Virus record (IMG/VR): IMGVR_UViG_3300017973_000001
Span: 45,431-109,430 of that record
DNA from: a virus
Length of the DNA stretch: 64,000 nt
Direction: 5' to 3' (one strand)
Part shown: positions 18,967 through 29,170 of the stretch, piece after piece
How the letters are laid out: every line of letters starts with the position of its first letter
How positions within the stretch are numbered: the first letter of the stretch is position 1
Position numbers and translations under genes: made by a program
The notes under the pieces: generated by a model
What the model was told of the DNA's origin: nothing
What the model saw: only the letters and a program-made list of their open reading frames with translations
Databases searched by the model: none

Positions 18967-19120
18967 ATTTATGTTCTGTTAGACCTAAAGGTAAATCTAT
19001 TACTTTATACTCTATCCCGTTTAAAAACCATACATCACGATCCTCAATATACTGAACTTCCCAGTCCTCAACGTTGAATAATCGGGCGAATAATTCTACA
19101 ATTTCAGCGATATTTAACAT
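18941..19120 (-). CDS. 59-aa hypothetical protein (not in ORF track)
   Basis: MLNIAEIVELF..YLEG; SD GGAGGAG. Confidence 0.6.
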   Translation of the reverse strand: MLNIAEIVELFARLFNVEDWEVQYIEDRDVWFLNGIEYKVIDLPLGLTEHKYAYFYLEG

Positions 19121-19206
19121 ACTTCTCCTCCATAGATAACTCCTAAATAATATAGGAGTTACCTATATTTTATCATTATTGGTTATTATATCCTATCGGT
19201 ATATTC

Positions 19207-19497
19207 TTACTTTTTAGAATTTCTTTCTAAAATTTCCATAGGAATACTAGATAATAGATTTTTATATTCAGCTACTACATTTGAATATTTATCCACATGG
19301 CCACATTCATTAATCCATCCGTCACAATCTAATCTTCTAGAACCATCAAAAGATTGAGTCTTGTATACTGGACCTCTTGGTTTATGGCAAACTGGACATT
19401 CCCATTTCACGGTAACGTGAATACCGTCAGTGCCCCCATGTTCTTCTTTAGATGGAATAAATACTGTTTTAAAGTTATCCATTTTAAACCTCCTCAA
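19207..19497 (-). CDS. zinc-finger phage protein
   Basis: WECPVCHKPRG..WINECGHVDKY. Confidence 0.7.
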   Translation of the reverse strand: MRRFKMDNFKTVFIPSKEEHGGTDGIHVTVKWECPVCHKPRGPVYKTQSFDGSRRLDCDGWINECGHVDKYSNVVAEYKNLLSSIPMEILERNSKK

Positions 19498-19757
19498 TAA
19501 TAAATGTATTCAATAGCTGAGTGTCTTATATAAGCTACCTCTTTACCGTTAGGTGTCTTAGATTTAAAGTATTCAACGTGCCAATCGTCTTTTAATTTCA
19601 ACTCATTATTATAATGTAGCTCAACTTCTAACGCTTGATAATTTACATTACCAATTTTCTTTTTAAACGTAGAATTTTTTATTTCTCTTGCGTTATCTAT
19701 AATATATTGTAGTTCCTTCGTACTTTTAGGTGATACGCAATTATAACGGTATTCCAA
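19494..19757 (-). CDS. hypothetical phage protein
   Basis: DWHVEYFKS..HSAIEYIY; SD AAGGAGG. Confidence 0.7.
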   Translation of the reverse strand: MEYRYNCVSPKSTKELQYIIDNAREIKNSTFKKKIGNVNYQALEVELHYNNELKLKDDWHVEYFKSKTPNGKEVAYIRHSAIEYIYY

Positions 19758-19785
19758 AATACTCCTCCTTAATAATAATAATTAA

Positions 19786-20106
19786 TCATTTTATTAGCCC
19801 TTTATTAAATAACTCTTTTTTATGTCCTCTATGCGATTTCATGTATTCCTTATGTTTTTCTTTATCATAATATCGACCGTCTTTTTGCCTTTCAGCAAAT
19901 TGTTGTTTAGCTTTTTCTTTCCTTTCGGGAAATAAAGTGAATTGAATTAACCGTTTACTGACATTGTATTTCCTAGCTAACGCATTAATACTAACTGTGC
20001 CAGTTTCATATTCTTTCTTAATGTTTTCTTTATCTACATCTGTTAGTTTGACTCGTTTATCTAGTTTTTGATTATTGATTGGGATATTTTCAAATTGATA
20101 AGGCAT
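19786..20106 (-). CDS. HTH protein
   Basis: SINALARKYNVSKRLIQF. Confidence 0.75.
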   Translation of the reverse strand: MPYQFENIPINNQKLDKRVKLTDVDKENIKKEYETGTVSINALARKYNVSKRLIQFTLFPERKEKAKQQFAERQKDGRYYDKEKHKEYMKSHRGHKKELFNKGLIK

Positions 20107-20156
20107 AATTCCTCCTAGAATATTTTAACCATCCCGGAAGGGGGAGGTTAGATTAA

Positions 20157-20771
20157 TCAACCATAAACCCATTCACCAAATATAGCGTATTGAATAATAC
20201 CATCACAATCACCTGCGTCAATTTGACCAGTCTCTAACTGATTACGATTATTAATATAATTTGAAAGAGTACCTTGTTTAGCACGGTGGGTTAAGAACAT
20301 ATTAATCCCAACTACCATACGTTCTACATTAAGTGGGAACTCCGGTAGATCATCATTGTCACCAGGGGTAATATCTACATGACCATCTTCTTTAATACAT
20401 TTATAAGCCCAGTTAATGTAACCTATATCTGAAGGCTTTTCTTCAGAAGGGTGGGTACCTTTGATATTGGCTATCCAGTAGTCGCTACCACCTTCGAATG
20501 AGCCTACAACTATATCTTCAATATCTTGTTTAGTAATCTTAATATTAAGGCTGACTGGCACAAGAATTTCTTCAATAACTTCAAAATCATCCATTTCAAT
20601 ACTAGTCATAGGTTGCCCTTTTAAATAAATGGACTTACGCCCGTTATGCTCATAAATATCTGAAATATAATAACTATCTGAACATCTGATATGTGGGTAT
20701 TTCTCAGTAACATTAACCCCATCCTTAAATTTAATACGTGTTCCTTTTTTAATTGTTTCCATTATTATCAT
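20157..20771 (-). CDS. hypothetical phage protein
   Basis: EGGSDYW..DGIIQYAIFGEWVYG. Confidence 0.75.
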   Translation of the reverse strand: MIIMETIKKGTRIKFKDGVNVTEKYPHIRCSDSYYISDIYEHNGRKSIYLKGQPMTSIEMDDFEVIEEILVPVSLNIKITKQDIEDIVVGSFEGGSDYWIANIKGTHPSEEKPSDIGYINWAYKCIKEDGHVDITPGDNDDLPEFPLNVERMVVGINMFLTHRAKQGTLSNYINNRNQLETGQIDAGDCDGIIQYAIFGEWVYG

Positions 20772-20943
20772 CCTCCGGTTTAGTAGTTTCTAACTCTTTA
20801 ATAATTTCATTATAGTCTTCGAACGTATCTTTACAGTCACAACTAACGTGTCCAGGACCATTTGCACGTTCACAACAATCATCTAGCCATTTTATATCAT
20901 CTTTTATTAAACCAATAACATAAGATATTTGATGTGTTTTCAT
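20749..20943 (-). CDS. hypothetical protein
   Basis: SD AAGGAGG. Confidence 0.6.
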   Translation of the reverse strand: MKTHQISYVIGLIKDDIKWLDDCCERANGPGHVSCDCKDTFEDYNEIIKELETTKPEDDNNGNN

Positions 20944-20961
20944 AAAATCCTCCTTTGAGGA

Positions 20962-21720
20962 TTACACGGCTTTAATACCAGTATAATCCTCTAGATATAT
21001 TGGTTGTTTTCCTTTCATGAACATGGTGTGACCAATTTTCTTTTCTAGTTCAACGTACTCTCTATATAAATCCGGATTTTGCTCAGCTCCGTGCCTCAGA
21101 TCATTAAGGCAACCCATAATGCAAAATACACAACTTAATCTCTCATTCTTCTCATAAGCCCAAAATGGTTTCTCACCGGCAGAATAGATAGTTTCAAAAA
21201 CTTCTTCTGTAGTTAAGTAGAATATAGGGAGCCAGTCATAAATATGCCTTACTACACGTCCATTACAACTTTCACGTTTATTATATTCAAATGGATTTTT
21301 CTTAGCTCTAGCAGAAGATTCTTGAGCTCTTAATCCCATACAGTTAATTCCAATCGTAGCCCCACGTTCTTTTAAGTCATTACGAATGAACTTAAATATA
21401 GGGCCACGTTTTAAGTCACTCGTACATTGACGGTAAGCAGAGCTTGGCCAGTAGCGTCTTTGTTCAACCATTTCAAAAAAAGTCTTTTTAGCTCTTACTA
21501 CATTTACGTCCGTGTAAGTGTATTCAAAAATATGCTCTCTAACACCGGGCCACTCAACCTTACCTAGATCAGCATGGACCACTACCAGTTGTTGAGGAGG
21601 GACTATATCTCTAAGAAGTATATACATAGATTGGGAGTCTTTCCCTCCGGAATGGGAGCAGTAAAATACTGCTCCTTCTTCAGCTAGGTTAGAAATCTCT
21701 AAAGGCATATAGATTTTCAT
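20962..21720 (-). CDS. PAPS-reductase-family PP-loop protein
   Basis: SHSGGKDS, RQCTSDLK, GLRAQESSAR and RLSCVFC motifs. Confidence 0.88.
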   Translation of the reverse strand: MKIYMPLEISNLAEEGAVFYCSHSGGKDSQSMYILLRDIVPPQQLVVVHADLGKVEWPGVREHIFEYTYTDVNVVRAKKTFFEMVEQRRYWPSSAYRQCTSDLKRGPIFKFIRNDLKERGATIGINCMGLRAQESSARAKKNPFEYNKRESCNGRVVRHIYDWLPIFYLTTEEVFETIYSAGEKPFWAYEKNERLSCVFCIMGCLNDLRHGAEQNPDLYREYVELEKKIGHTMFMKGKQPIYLEDYTGIKAV

Positions 21721-21721
21721 T

Positions 21722-21874
21722 TTACTTATCCTCGTTATCTAGGAAACTCCCAAACTGAGCATATAATCTAACTGCCAGTTCTTTTAAACTAGCAGTGTCC
21801 ATTTTATCCAAAAAAGAAGGGGAGTATCCTTTTCTTTTAAGATATTCCACTGCTTGTTCTTCAGTAAGTCTCAA
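21722..21874 (-). CDS. 50-aa hypothetical protein (not in ORF track)
   Basis: TTG start with SD AAGGGGGTG; ends next to the following ATG. Confidence 0.5.
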   Translation of the reverse strand: MRLTEEQAVEYLKRKGYSPSFLDKMDTASLKELAVRLYAQFGSFLDNEDK

Positions 21875-21916
21875 ACTAACCACCCCCTTTAACAAGCAGT
21901 GGGGGAGGTGGGTGTA

Positions 21917-22888
21917 TTAAGCCGTCTTAGTTCTTCTACCGGGCTTAGCTACTAAGTGCCCTAGATTGTTCTCTTTAATAAACTGTTTACAAACTTCAGT
22001 CCATGTATATTTAAGAGTGCCACCATCTACTTTTATATCAATATCAACACCTTTGACTCTACATTGATAGAAACCGTGAATGAAAGTTAAACTACCACCG
22101 GCAAAAGATTTACCATAATTCATCTTGAAATAATTTACCAGTTCTTGTAGTTTGAAAGTTTTACTTTGGCTCTTTAAGCTATCTAAACCATTAGGGTTTA
22201 ACTTAGTTCTTACAAAATACTCAAGTACTAAGTCTTTATCGTAATAGCCATTAGCAAATGGGTCAGTATCTTCAAAAACAGTATTTTTCACTTCAACCAC
22301 CGGATCAGCTTTCTCCTCGATAGGTTCATTTTCTTCCTCGATAGGGTCATCACCGAACTCATCTTCTTCAGCAATTTCAATAACTTCAGTATCAACCTTT
22401 GATTCAACATTTTCAGTTGCAGTTGATGTAGCTTCTTCAAGCTTAAATACTTTCATAAGTAGACTTTCAAAAGCGTCTAGTTCCTCAAAGTCCATAGATA
22501 GTAAATCAATGGTTCCACCACGGCCTACTTTATCTACTGCTAGTAGAGGGAACACTTGGAACTTACCATGTTCAACATAAATTCTCACTTCATTCTTATC
22601 AGACTTGAATACCGTAGGTTTTTCAAAATCCCAATAAGTTGGATTAGCTTTTTGCTCTCCACCCTCACGGATCAAGTTGTTCACCATTTGTAGTTCATTG
22701 AATAAATCTTGTAATACTTCAGCACTGAAGCTAGTAACATCAAGTGTAGCTCCACGGCCAACTTTACCACTGAATTTAGGGAATACTTGAACCTTACCAT
22801 GCCCATTGAAGAAACGGATTTCATTACGAACATTTGAAATTACTTCCGGTGTTTCTACTTCCCAATACTTTACATAACCTCTAGCCAT
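21917..22888 (-). CDS. protein with tandem duplicated domain and acidic linker
   Basis: two copies of YW..E.P....NE.R....HGK.QVFP....KVGRG.T.D. Confidence 0.75.
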   Translation of the reverse strand: MARGYVKYWEVETPEVISNVRNEIRFFNGHGKVQVFPKFSGKVGRGATLDVTSFSAEVLQDLFNELQMVNNLIREGGEQKANPTYWDFEKPTVFKSDKNEVRIYVEHGKFQVFPLLAVDKVGRGGTIDLLSMDFEELDAFESLLMKVFKLEEATSTATENVESKVDTEVIEIAEEDEFGDDPIEEENEPIEEKADPVVEVKNTVFEDTDPFANGYYDKDLVLEYFVRTKLNPNGLDSLKSQSKTFKLQELVNYFKMNYGKSFAGGSLTFIHGFYQCRVKGVDIDIKVDGGTLKYTWTEVCKQFIKENNLGHLVAKPGRRTKTA

Positions 22889-22990
22889 TTTAAATACTCT
22901 CCTTTTGTGCTCTTGGCACTATTTATGTAGGTATTAAAATACCCCATTGAAAAACCCCTCCGAATAGGGGAGGGGTTAATCTAGCGATAT

Positions 22991-23206
22991 TTAATTCTTC
23001 ATAATAGCCAGTATTTCTTTTGCCGTTTTTATATCTTCTTTAGGATTTTCACAATCAATTAGATTGTTCTCAATATTATGTAGCTCATTTTCAACAATAC
23101 CTCCAACTATGGAAACTAGTGGAGAGTTATCTTCACGTTCTACGAAAAATAATTCCTTTGCGATACATTCAGCAATAAATTTTATGTGTTGCTCTTTGAA
23201 CTCCAC
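22991..23206 (-). CDS. hypothetical protein
   Basis: SD AAGGAGG, GTG start. Confidence 0.65.
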   Translation of the reverse strand: MEFKEQHIKFIAECIAKELFFVEREDNSPLVSIVGGIVENELHNIENNLIDCENPKEDIKTAKEILAIMKN

Positions 23207-23219
23207 AATTAAGACCTCC

Positions 23220-23834
23220 TTAATATTTATAAGTTACATTCTGTACACCATAGTAAGCATTGTTACCGTCAGCGTCAGTATCGCTACCGTCTCTTGTTAA
23301 ATCCTTCAATTCAAAGAATAAACAGTATTTACCAGTCTGAGGAGCAACGAACGTTTGTGTAATTGTTTTTGCAGTTTTAAAGTCCATCACTCCGAATTTT
23401 TGTGGTGTACCTATGTCTGTTTTCTGAGTTAGTAAGTAATTATATGCAGTGAATAGAGCCCCACCATTACCTTTATCCACACTATCCCATTGTGCAAATC
23501 TCACGGTTGCATAAGCAGTATTCAAAGTACCATTAAATGCGTTCTTAAAAACTAGGTGAGATAACATTTTAAAAGATACCGTGATCTTAGCTCCTTTTTT
23601 AACCACGTCAGTTGGTTCAGTTACAAGACCACCCGGTTCTGCAAAGTTAGCTGACCATGTTCTTTGATAGAATGAACCATTGTTAGCGTAGAAATTTTGA
23701 TTCGCATAGCCAGGAGAAGATAAATACACTTTCTTAACAACTTTTACTTTTTGTGTTGTTGCTTCAGAATGGGGAGGGGCTATTAAACAAGCTCCTACCA
23801 ATAAAGACATTAATAATTTACCAGTACGTTTCAT
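23220..23834 (-). CDS. secreted beta-rich protein
   Basis: signal peptide MKRTGKLLMSLLVGACLIAPPHSEA; SD GAGGAGG. Confidence 0.7.
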   Translation of the reverse strand: MKRTGKLLMSLLVGACLIAPPHSEATTQKVKVVKKVYLSSPGYANQNFYANNGSFYQRTWSANFAEPGGLVTEPTDVVKKGAKITVSFKMLSHLVFKNAFNGTLNTAYATVRFAQWDSVDKGNGGALFTAYNYLLTQKTDIGTPQKFGVMDFKTAKTITQTFVAPQTGKYCLFFELKDLTRDGSDTDADGNNAYYGVQNVTYKY

Positions 23835-23835
23835 T

Positions 23836-24081
23836 TTACTTTTCCTCCTCTTTTTTAGGTATGAATGTAGGACTAAGACATACGCAATAACGGTGTCTAT
23901 CTTCTTTAAGCTCACAATCTATGTAATACTCAATGTCATTGTCATACTCATCCTCTAATAGTTTCTTACCTTCCTCATCTAGTATTTTCTCAATGAAGTA
24001 GTTTACTAATCCTTGTGGTTCTTCAAATATTATTGTTTCTGTATGACAACCAGTATCACTAAATAATACTAGTACAACCAT
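23836..24081 (-). CDS. hypothetical protein
   Basis: SD GAGGAGG before MVVLV. Confidence 0.6.
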   Translation of the reverse strand: MVVLVLFSDTGCHTETIIFEEPQGLVNYFIEKILDEEGKKLLEDEYDNDIEYYIDCELKEDRHRYCVCLSPTFIPKKEEEK

Positions 24082-24184
24082 ATGGACCTCCTCATTATAC
24101 TTTTCGTCATAATTGTTGTAATTTTTTACCAATTGAAAAAACCCCAACCGGAAAGGGGTGGAGGAATTAAAAAAGGATTAACCA

Positions 24185-24577
24185 TCACACTTGTTTTTGA
24201 GCGTGTTGTTTAATCCATTCTATTACATATTCTATTGGTGGTCTTGTTTTGTCATTTGCTACCAGTGAAACAAAGTCATAAACTTCTTCATCTGAAGCGA
24301 TTAAATCGTAACCATTCAAATCAAGAAATGCTGACGTTGACATATACGCAGTACGTTTATTACCATCTTTAAAACAATGACCTGAAGCTAGAAAGAAAAG
24401 GTAAGCTCCGGCTTTATCAAATATTGTAGGGTATTTCTCAAAATCACCAAATCCGGAACATGGAATCATTAACTTTGCTTCAAGATTACCCGGTTCCCTA
24501 CCTGGAAAGCCACCGTATAAGTCTAGTGCAACTTGGTGGATATATTCTACTTCATCAACTTCCAAGTAGATAACCAT
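24185..24577 (-). CDS. doc: Doc/Fic-family toxin
   Basis: HCFKDGNKRTA Doc motif. Confidence 0.92.
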   Translation of the reverse strand: MVIYLEVDEVEYIHQVALDLYGGFPGREPGNLEAKLMIPCSGFGDFEKYPTIFDKAGAYLFFLASGHCFKDGNKRTAYMSTSAFLDLNGYDLIASDEEVYDFVSLVANDKTRPPIEYVIEWIKQHAQKQV

Positions 24578-24717
24578 TAGTTTTTACTCAATCTTTCTAA
24601 AGCTTTACCGTTACGTGCAATAACTTTAGCAACGCTTTTTTCAATCATTTTTTGACGTTCTGTTTTTTCTTGTTTTTCTTTTAGTAACATTTCATCATCC
24701 CTCTTTTTCTCATCCAT
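24577..24717 (-). CDS. 46-aa putative Phd-like antitoxin
   Basis: SD GGGGGTG; ends ALERLSKN; stop overlaps doc start. Confidence 0.65.
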   Translation of the reverse strand: MDEKKRDDEMLLKEKQEKTERQKMIEKSVAKVIARNGKALERLSKN

Positions 24718-24850
24718 ACCGGACACCCCCAATCTATACTGAATAGTATATGATATGATAGGTTGTCCAGTTATAGGATAGTTTATTCTAAATATTATAT
24801 AATTTAAGAATATTCGTCCACAAAAACTATTCGACAAATATTCATAAACA

Positions 24851-25381
24851 CTAGAGTAATATAACTTCTTCGATATAAGAATTTACTAACTCAGCTCCGT
24901 GAGTATCACGTTTCTCATTACCTATAATTAAATTATGCTTGTAAATTTTAGCAAGCAAGTCGTTAGGTACATTCATAGGAACTATTGTTTGAGGTACTGA
25001 TCCACCCATAGCTACATGTTCACGTAATTCAATATCCGTAAATCGTTGTGAAGGGGCAAAAGAATAATCACTTACACAAGTTAATGCCCAATTACATGAG
25101 GTAAGGTCTAGGTAATATAAAAGGTAAGGTGCCTTTTCAAATAACGTTTTCATGTATTCACGCATTTCCGGAATCTCAAATAATTCATCTGTTGTATCGT
25201 CATAAGCTGAAGTGAATAGGTTCAGACCTTGAAAGTGCTCTTTATTTAATTGTTTTAAGAAATTAACTAACGGCTTTACATAGTTGTTAGTTATGTCTTC
25301 ACCTTTAATTTGATAAATTATAACTGTTGTTTCTTTAGCTGATTTTCTACGTAAGCTCTCAGCTACCATTGGGTGTATCAT
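24851..25381 (-). CDS. CRR6/DUF1817-like protein
   Basis: YDDTTDELFEIPEMREY..PYLLYYL. Confidence 0.55.
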   Translation of the reverse strand: MIHPMVAESLRRKSAKETTVIIYQIKGEDITNNYVKPLVNFLKQLNKEHFQGLNLFTSAYDDTTDELFEIPEMREYMKTLFEKAPYLLYYLDLTSCNWALTCVSDYSFAPSQRFTDIELREHVAMGGSVPQTIVPMNVPNDLLAKIYKHNLIIGNEKRDTHGAELVNSYIEEVILL

Positions 25382-25391
25382 ATAATTCCTC

Positions 25392-25979
25392 CTAGTTTTT
25401 AACCATTGTTGCTAATACTTCAGCTACTTCTTTAGTTATCTCGGCTACTTTTTCTACATCACCGTCAAACTTTTCAATTAGTTTATCTACTATCTCATGA
25501 GCTTGAGGTGTATCAACCTCTTTCTCATCAACCCATTCCTTACTTACGTCATTATAAGTGCTATCCAACTTTGTTTGAATGAAGTCATATATGTCTGAGT
25601 AGTGTTTATCTTGGAGTTCCCCTAAAAGTTCGTCTACTTTATCTAGGTCATGTAAGTTTTCTTTTTTAACTTCATCATCAACTTGAGTTCTATCTTCAAT
25701 AATCGTCGCCATAGCAACTTCATGAATAGCGTGTGATAAGATAGTGCCATTTGGGTTCTTAGCATAAACTTTAAAGTATACTCCATGATCGTGGTCCTTA
25801 ACAACTTCGATAGAGTCTATTTTAAAAAATCCTAATCTACCAATTAGGAAATTTTTAAGTTGAGAACTACTCGCTAGACTGAACACTTCTGTTACAGTTT
25901 GCCATTCTAAACCCAGTTCTTTAATAACATCATCAACACTTACTAGAGTTTCAACGTAAAAATTAGTTGTCGTTTTCAT
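25392..25979 (-). CDS. hypothetical protein
   Basis: SD GGGGAG. Confidence 0.7.
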   Translation of the reverse strand: MKTTTNFYVETLVSVDDVIKELGLEWQTVTEVFSLASSSQLKNFLIGRLGFFKIDSIEVVKDHDHGVYFKVYAKNPNGTILSHAIHEVAMATIIEDRTQVDDEVKKENLHDLDKVDELLGELQDKHYSDIYDFIQTKLDSTYNDVSKEWVDEKEVDTPQAHEIVDKLIEKFDGDVEKVAEITKEVAEVLATMVKN

Positions 25980-25990
25980 AATATCTCCCC

Positions 25991-26308
25991 TTAAATGTAT
26001 TGGTCAAACGATACTTTTCTGATTGTGCCTCTTTCTAGGTTGCAAAGAAACAATTTACCTCGGCCACTATCAATGTAATGGCCCCGTGCTTTTTGGATAA
26101 TTTTTATATACTGCTTACCACCGTCAGTATCAATACTGTCCATGAGGTGGGTACCACACGTATGGACAAACCAAAGGAATTGCTTTTCGTTATTCTCAAC
26201 CACTTGCTCAATCCTTGCCATATCATGAATGTAGAAATCATCTTGATAGTGCTCCATGATAGATTTAACTTTTTTCTCCATGCCTTCTTTTAATTTTTCT
26301 AGTTTCAT
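25991..26308 (-). CDS. hypothetical phage protein
   Basis: DFYIHD..FLWFVHTCGTHL; SD GGAGGAG before MKLEK. Confidence 0.7.
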   Translation of the reverse strand: MKLEKLKEGMEKKVKSIMEHYQDDFYIHDMARIEQVVENNEKQFLWFVHTCGTHLMDSIDTDGGKQYIKIIQKARGHYIDSGRGKLFLCNLERGTIRKVSFDQYI

Positions 26309-26366
26309 AGTCTCCTCCATATGAAAATCCCTCCCGGAAGGGGGAGGGGGGTAGCTTTTACCTCTT

Positions 26367-26654
26367 TTATATTACATTCTCGATTCTACCCTCTAAATAA
26401 TTTTTGTATTCGTCTACTTTGTTAAGATCGTTAGTTAATATGATAGTATAATTGCTTTCCCATACATTTTTTGTAGTTACTATTGCAATAATATATTTAG
26501 CTACATTTTTATTAATATTAATTCTTTCAGCGTCATAAAAAATATAACTATCTAAAAGTGTACCTTCAAAACATTGACATTCAATGTCTAACTTTACTGA
26601 TAAAGATAACACTTCTTCTAATTTATCAGAACTAACATTATTTATCTTAATCAT
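26367..26654 (-). CDS. hypothetical phage protein
   Basis: EGTLLDSY..NVWES. Confidence 0.7.
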   Translation of the reverse strand: MIKINNVSSDKLEEVLSLSVKLDIECQCFEGTLLDSYIFYDAERININKNVAKYIIAIVTTKNVWESNYTIILTNDLNKVDEYKNYLEGRIENVI

Positions 26655-26899
26655 ACAGTATCCTTACCTCCAACTTTCACATGCTTTTTCCAATATTTCT
26701 GTGGTAAAGTAATAACTTTATATGTGTAACCTTGTTGCCTAAATGCAAGTTTGTATTCACGCATTAAGTGGTCTCTATCTGCTTTATCTTCTGCATAATC
26801 AAGATGTTCATATGCTCTATCATAAGGTGTTTTAACTAACAACTGAAACATATATCCTTGTTGTGGGTCATAAGCTTTTGGGTGTGCCATAATATCCAT
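26651..26899 (-). CDS. hypothetical phage protein
   Basis: PKAYDPQQGY..LPQKYW. Confidence 0.7.
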   Translation of the reverse strand: MDIMAHPKAYDPQQGYMFQLLVKTPYDRAYEHLDYAEDKADRDHLMREYKLAFRQQGYTYKVITLPQKYWKKHVKVGGKDTV

Positions 26900-26904
26900 C
26901 CTTT

Positions 26905-27189
26905 CTAGTTTATATTTAAGGCTTTTCTATATTCCGGTTTGTCTAATATATACCATCCCATTAAATCACCTTGATTTACCGTAAAGAGTTTGTAACCATC
27001 TTTCAATGCTTGTTCTCCGGCTTCAGTATCACTTTTAAATTTTGCGATACCGTACTCATCTAAACAATCAAGTTTTTGTATGAGTTCTACACCATGTTGG
27101 CTATCATAAAAAACGGTGTAACCTCTCTTTAGTTCTTCGGTAGTCCACCCTTGTTCTTTAGAAATTTGTTCATAATCAACATTACCCAT
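26905..27189 (-). CDS. hypothetical protein
   Basis: SD AGGAGG. Confidence 0.7.
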   Translation of the reverse strand: MGNVDYEQISKEQGWTTEELKRGYTVFYDSQHGVELIQKLDCLDEYGIAKFKSDTEAGEQALKDGYKLFTVNQGDLMGWYILDKPEYRKALNIN

Positions 27190-27270
27190 AATAAATACCT
27201 CCTAAAGTATTTTTGGAATTAGTAACTCCATGAGTACCCCTATGATCCAGGGAGGGGTACCTAGCAATCA

Positions 27271-27711
27271 CTAATTATTTTCGTACCATTCTTTCTGAGA
27301 TTTAATTGCTTTATTTAAACCATGCTTAAGTTTTTCACTTGCATTAACCTCATCAATCGTAAGACATAAAGCGTCAAGTGTATCTTCTACATCATAGGTA
27401 ATTACAAACTCATGATTTCCTAACTCATAGTTGAACATATCAAAGATATATCCGTCTCCCGTTTCATCACCTTCAATAGCTTCTTGCCTTTCTTTTTCGT
27501 GTCTATTCATCATTTCTTTAAGTTTTTCTGAGTCTGTACGTTTGTAAAATCCACCAGTACCACTAAGGCTATATATCTTATCTGTATCCTCCGGTTTTAG
27601 TCCAAATTTAGCCATACCTTCATTAAATTGTTCATTACTAAATGCGAAAAACATAGGAAACTCATTAACCTCTTTTTGTTGTTTATCTTTCAATACTGTA
27701 TATGCGTTCAT
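27271..27711 (-). CDS. conserved phage protein
   Basis: FFAFSNEQF..YELGNHE; SD GAGGAGG before MNAYT. Confidence 0.7.
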   Translation of the reverse strand: MNAYTVLKDKQQKEVNEFPMFFAFSNEQFNEGMAKFGLKPEDTDKIYSLSGTGGFYKRTDSEKLKEMMNRHEKERQEAIEGDETGDGYIFDMFNYELGNHEFVITYDVEDTLDALCLTIDEVNASEKLKHGLNKAIKSQKEWYENN

Positions 27712-27766
27712 TTTAAAATTCCTCCTCATAGTTAAACCCTCCCGGAAGGGGGAGGGCATATTTATT

Positions 27767-28054
27767 TTATTTAACTTCACTAAAAGCTACTAAGTCCTCT
27801 AATGCTTCATTCCCGTAAGATACTTGTGTTTCATGGAAACCCCTTTTAACAGACTTGATAAATTTATCTACATTTTCATCACTAGTAGGTAAGCCTTTTT
27901 TCTCAAGTGCTGACTCAACATCTTCTCTACTCCAACGGATAGTATCAAATACAGTAGATACATCACGAATTTCTTCAATGATACCCATACAACCTAATAA
28001 ACTTCGGATTTCACTCTCACTAAAATTAGTGTCTATTGTAATACTATATTTCAT
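27767..28054 (-). CDS. hypothetical protein
   Basis: IRWSREDV motif; SD present. Confidence 0.7.
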   Translation of the reverse strand: MKYSITIDTNFSESEIRSLLGCMGIIEEIRDVSTVFDTIRWSREDVESALEKKGLPTSDENVDKFIKSVKRGFHETQVSYGNEALEDLVAFSEVK

Positions 28055-28067
28055 TTCCCAATTCCTC

Positions 28068-28958
28068 CTAGTCTAATGTAGTAACTGCATATAACTTTTC
28101 ACTGGTATATTTTTCTGCAATTAATATAATTCTATCTACCATCTTTCTCTGAATATTGGTAGACTGTGTGAAAATAGGTAGGTCGATCTTCAACCATTTT
28201 GGGCGTTTAAATTCTGTATGTTCTAATAAGGTAACTCCGTTATTAAACTCCTCATTAGTGGTATAGATTTTAACCCACCCACTATCTAAACCGTACTGGT
28301 TTTCATCAAGACCTTTAACAGTATCAGCTATTTCACCTTTATACGGTTCAATACATTCTTTGATACGATTTTCAAAGTTTGTGATTGAGTCATTCAGCTC
28401 CGATAACTCAAGTTCACCCATTTGCTTAGTCTTGAATGAAGCTTGAATGGTTTTAGCTATTCTACTATCCATGCGACCTTCACATAGTTTAGTGAACTCA
28501 TCACGGGTAACACTTTCATCTGTGTACACTTCAGACCAACCGGACTCAACTAATAAAATTTGGTTTGCATATAAGCCGTAACTCATAAGATATTTATTCC
28601 CGGTTTTATTAATCTCATATCGGTAGATAAAAGGACAGTCACGATTCCACCAATCATATACAAACTTAGGTGTTAAACTAGGGGAGTAATTAATTTCATC
28701 ATTTAGCTCAAACCCATAGAATGTATCAATACTGTTTTCATCAATCTCAACTTCATTTAGGTAAGGTCTAATCTCATTTACACGAAGGAAATATTCTAGG
28801 AATTTGAGATTAATAGATAGATTGTATTCACCAACTGTATTGTGTCTAACAATACATCTACTAGGTACTTTAAATTGGGTTGTACCATCTAAAAACTTCA
28901 TTCTTACTCTAATCACTGTACTGCTAGCTTTCTCAATCAAAAGCTTTATCTTTTTCAC
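28068..28958 (-). CDS. hypothetical protein
   Basis: 296 aa; SD AAGGAGG, GTG start. Confidence 0.75.
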   Translation of the reverse strand: MKKIKLLIEKASSTVIRVRMKFLDGTTQFKVPSRCIVRHNTVGEYNLSINLKFLEYFLRVNEIRPYLNEVEIDENSIDTFYGFELNDEINYSPSLTPKFVYDWWNRDCPFIYRYEINKTGNKYLMSYGLYANQILLVESGWSEVYTDESVTRDEFTKLCEGRMDSRIAKTIQASFKTKQMGELELSELNDSITNFENRIKECIEPYKGEIADTVKGLDENQYGLDSGWVKIYTTNEEFNNGVTLLEHTEFKRPKWLKIDLPIFTQSTNIQRKMVDRIILIAEKYTSEKLYAVTTLD

Positions 28959-29170
28959 ATTAGGTCCTCCTTGTGCTCAGTGGCACTAATTTAGGTAATA
29001 GTTACCCCATAGTACTCACAACTATTTTCCGTTCGTTGTGAGCACTAGCAATAACTATTAAGTCACTGCAACCTATAATCCAAAAACAATTAGGAGTTGG
29101 AGTGTTTGACACTCCTTGATACACCCCACCCGTGGATCATAAGGGGGGAGGTGCATTAGGAATTTCAAAC

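Noticed and set aside
22907-22920. TTGGCACT as a CIRCE element
   Set aside because: Only a half-site; no TTAGCACTC-N9-GAGTGCTAA arrangement
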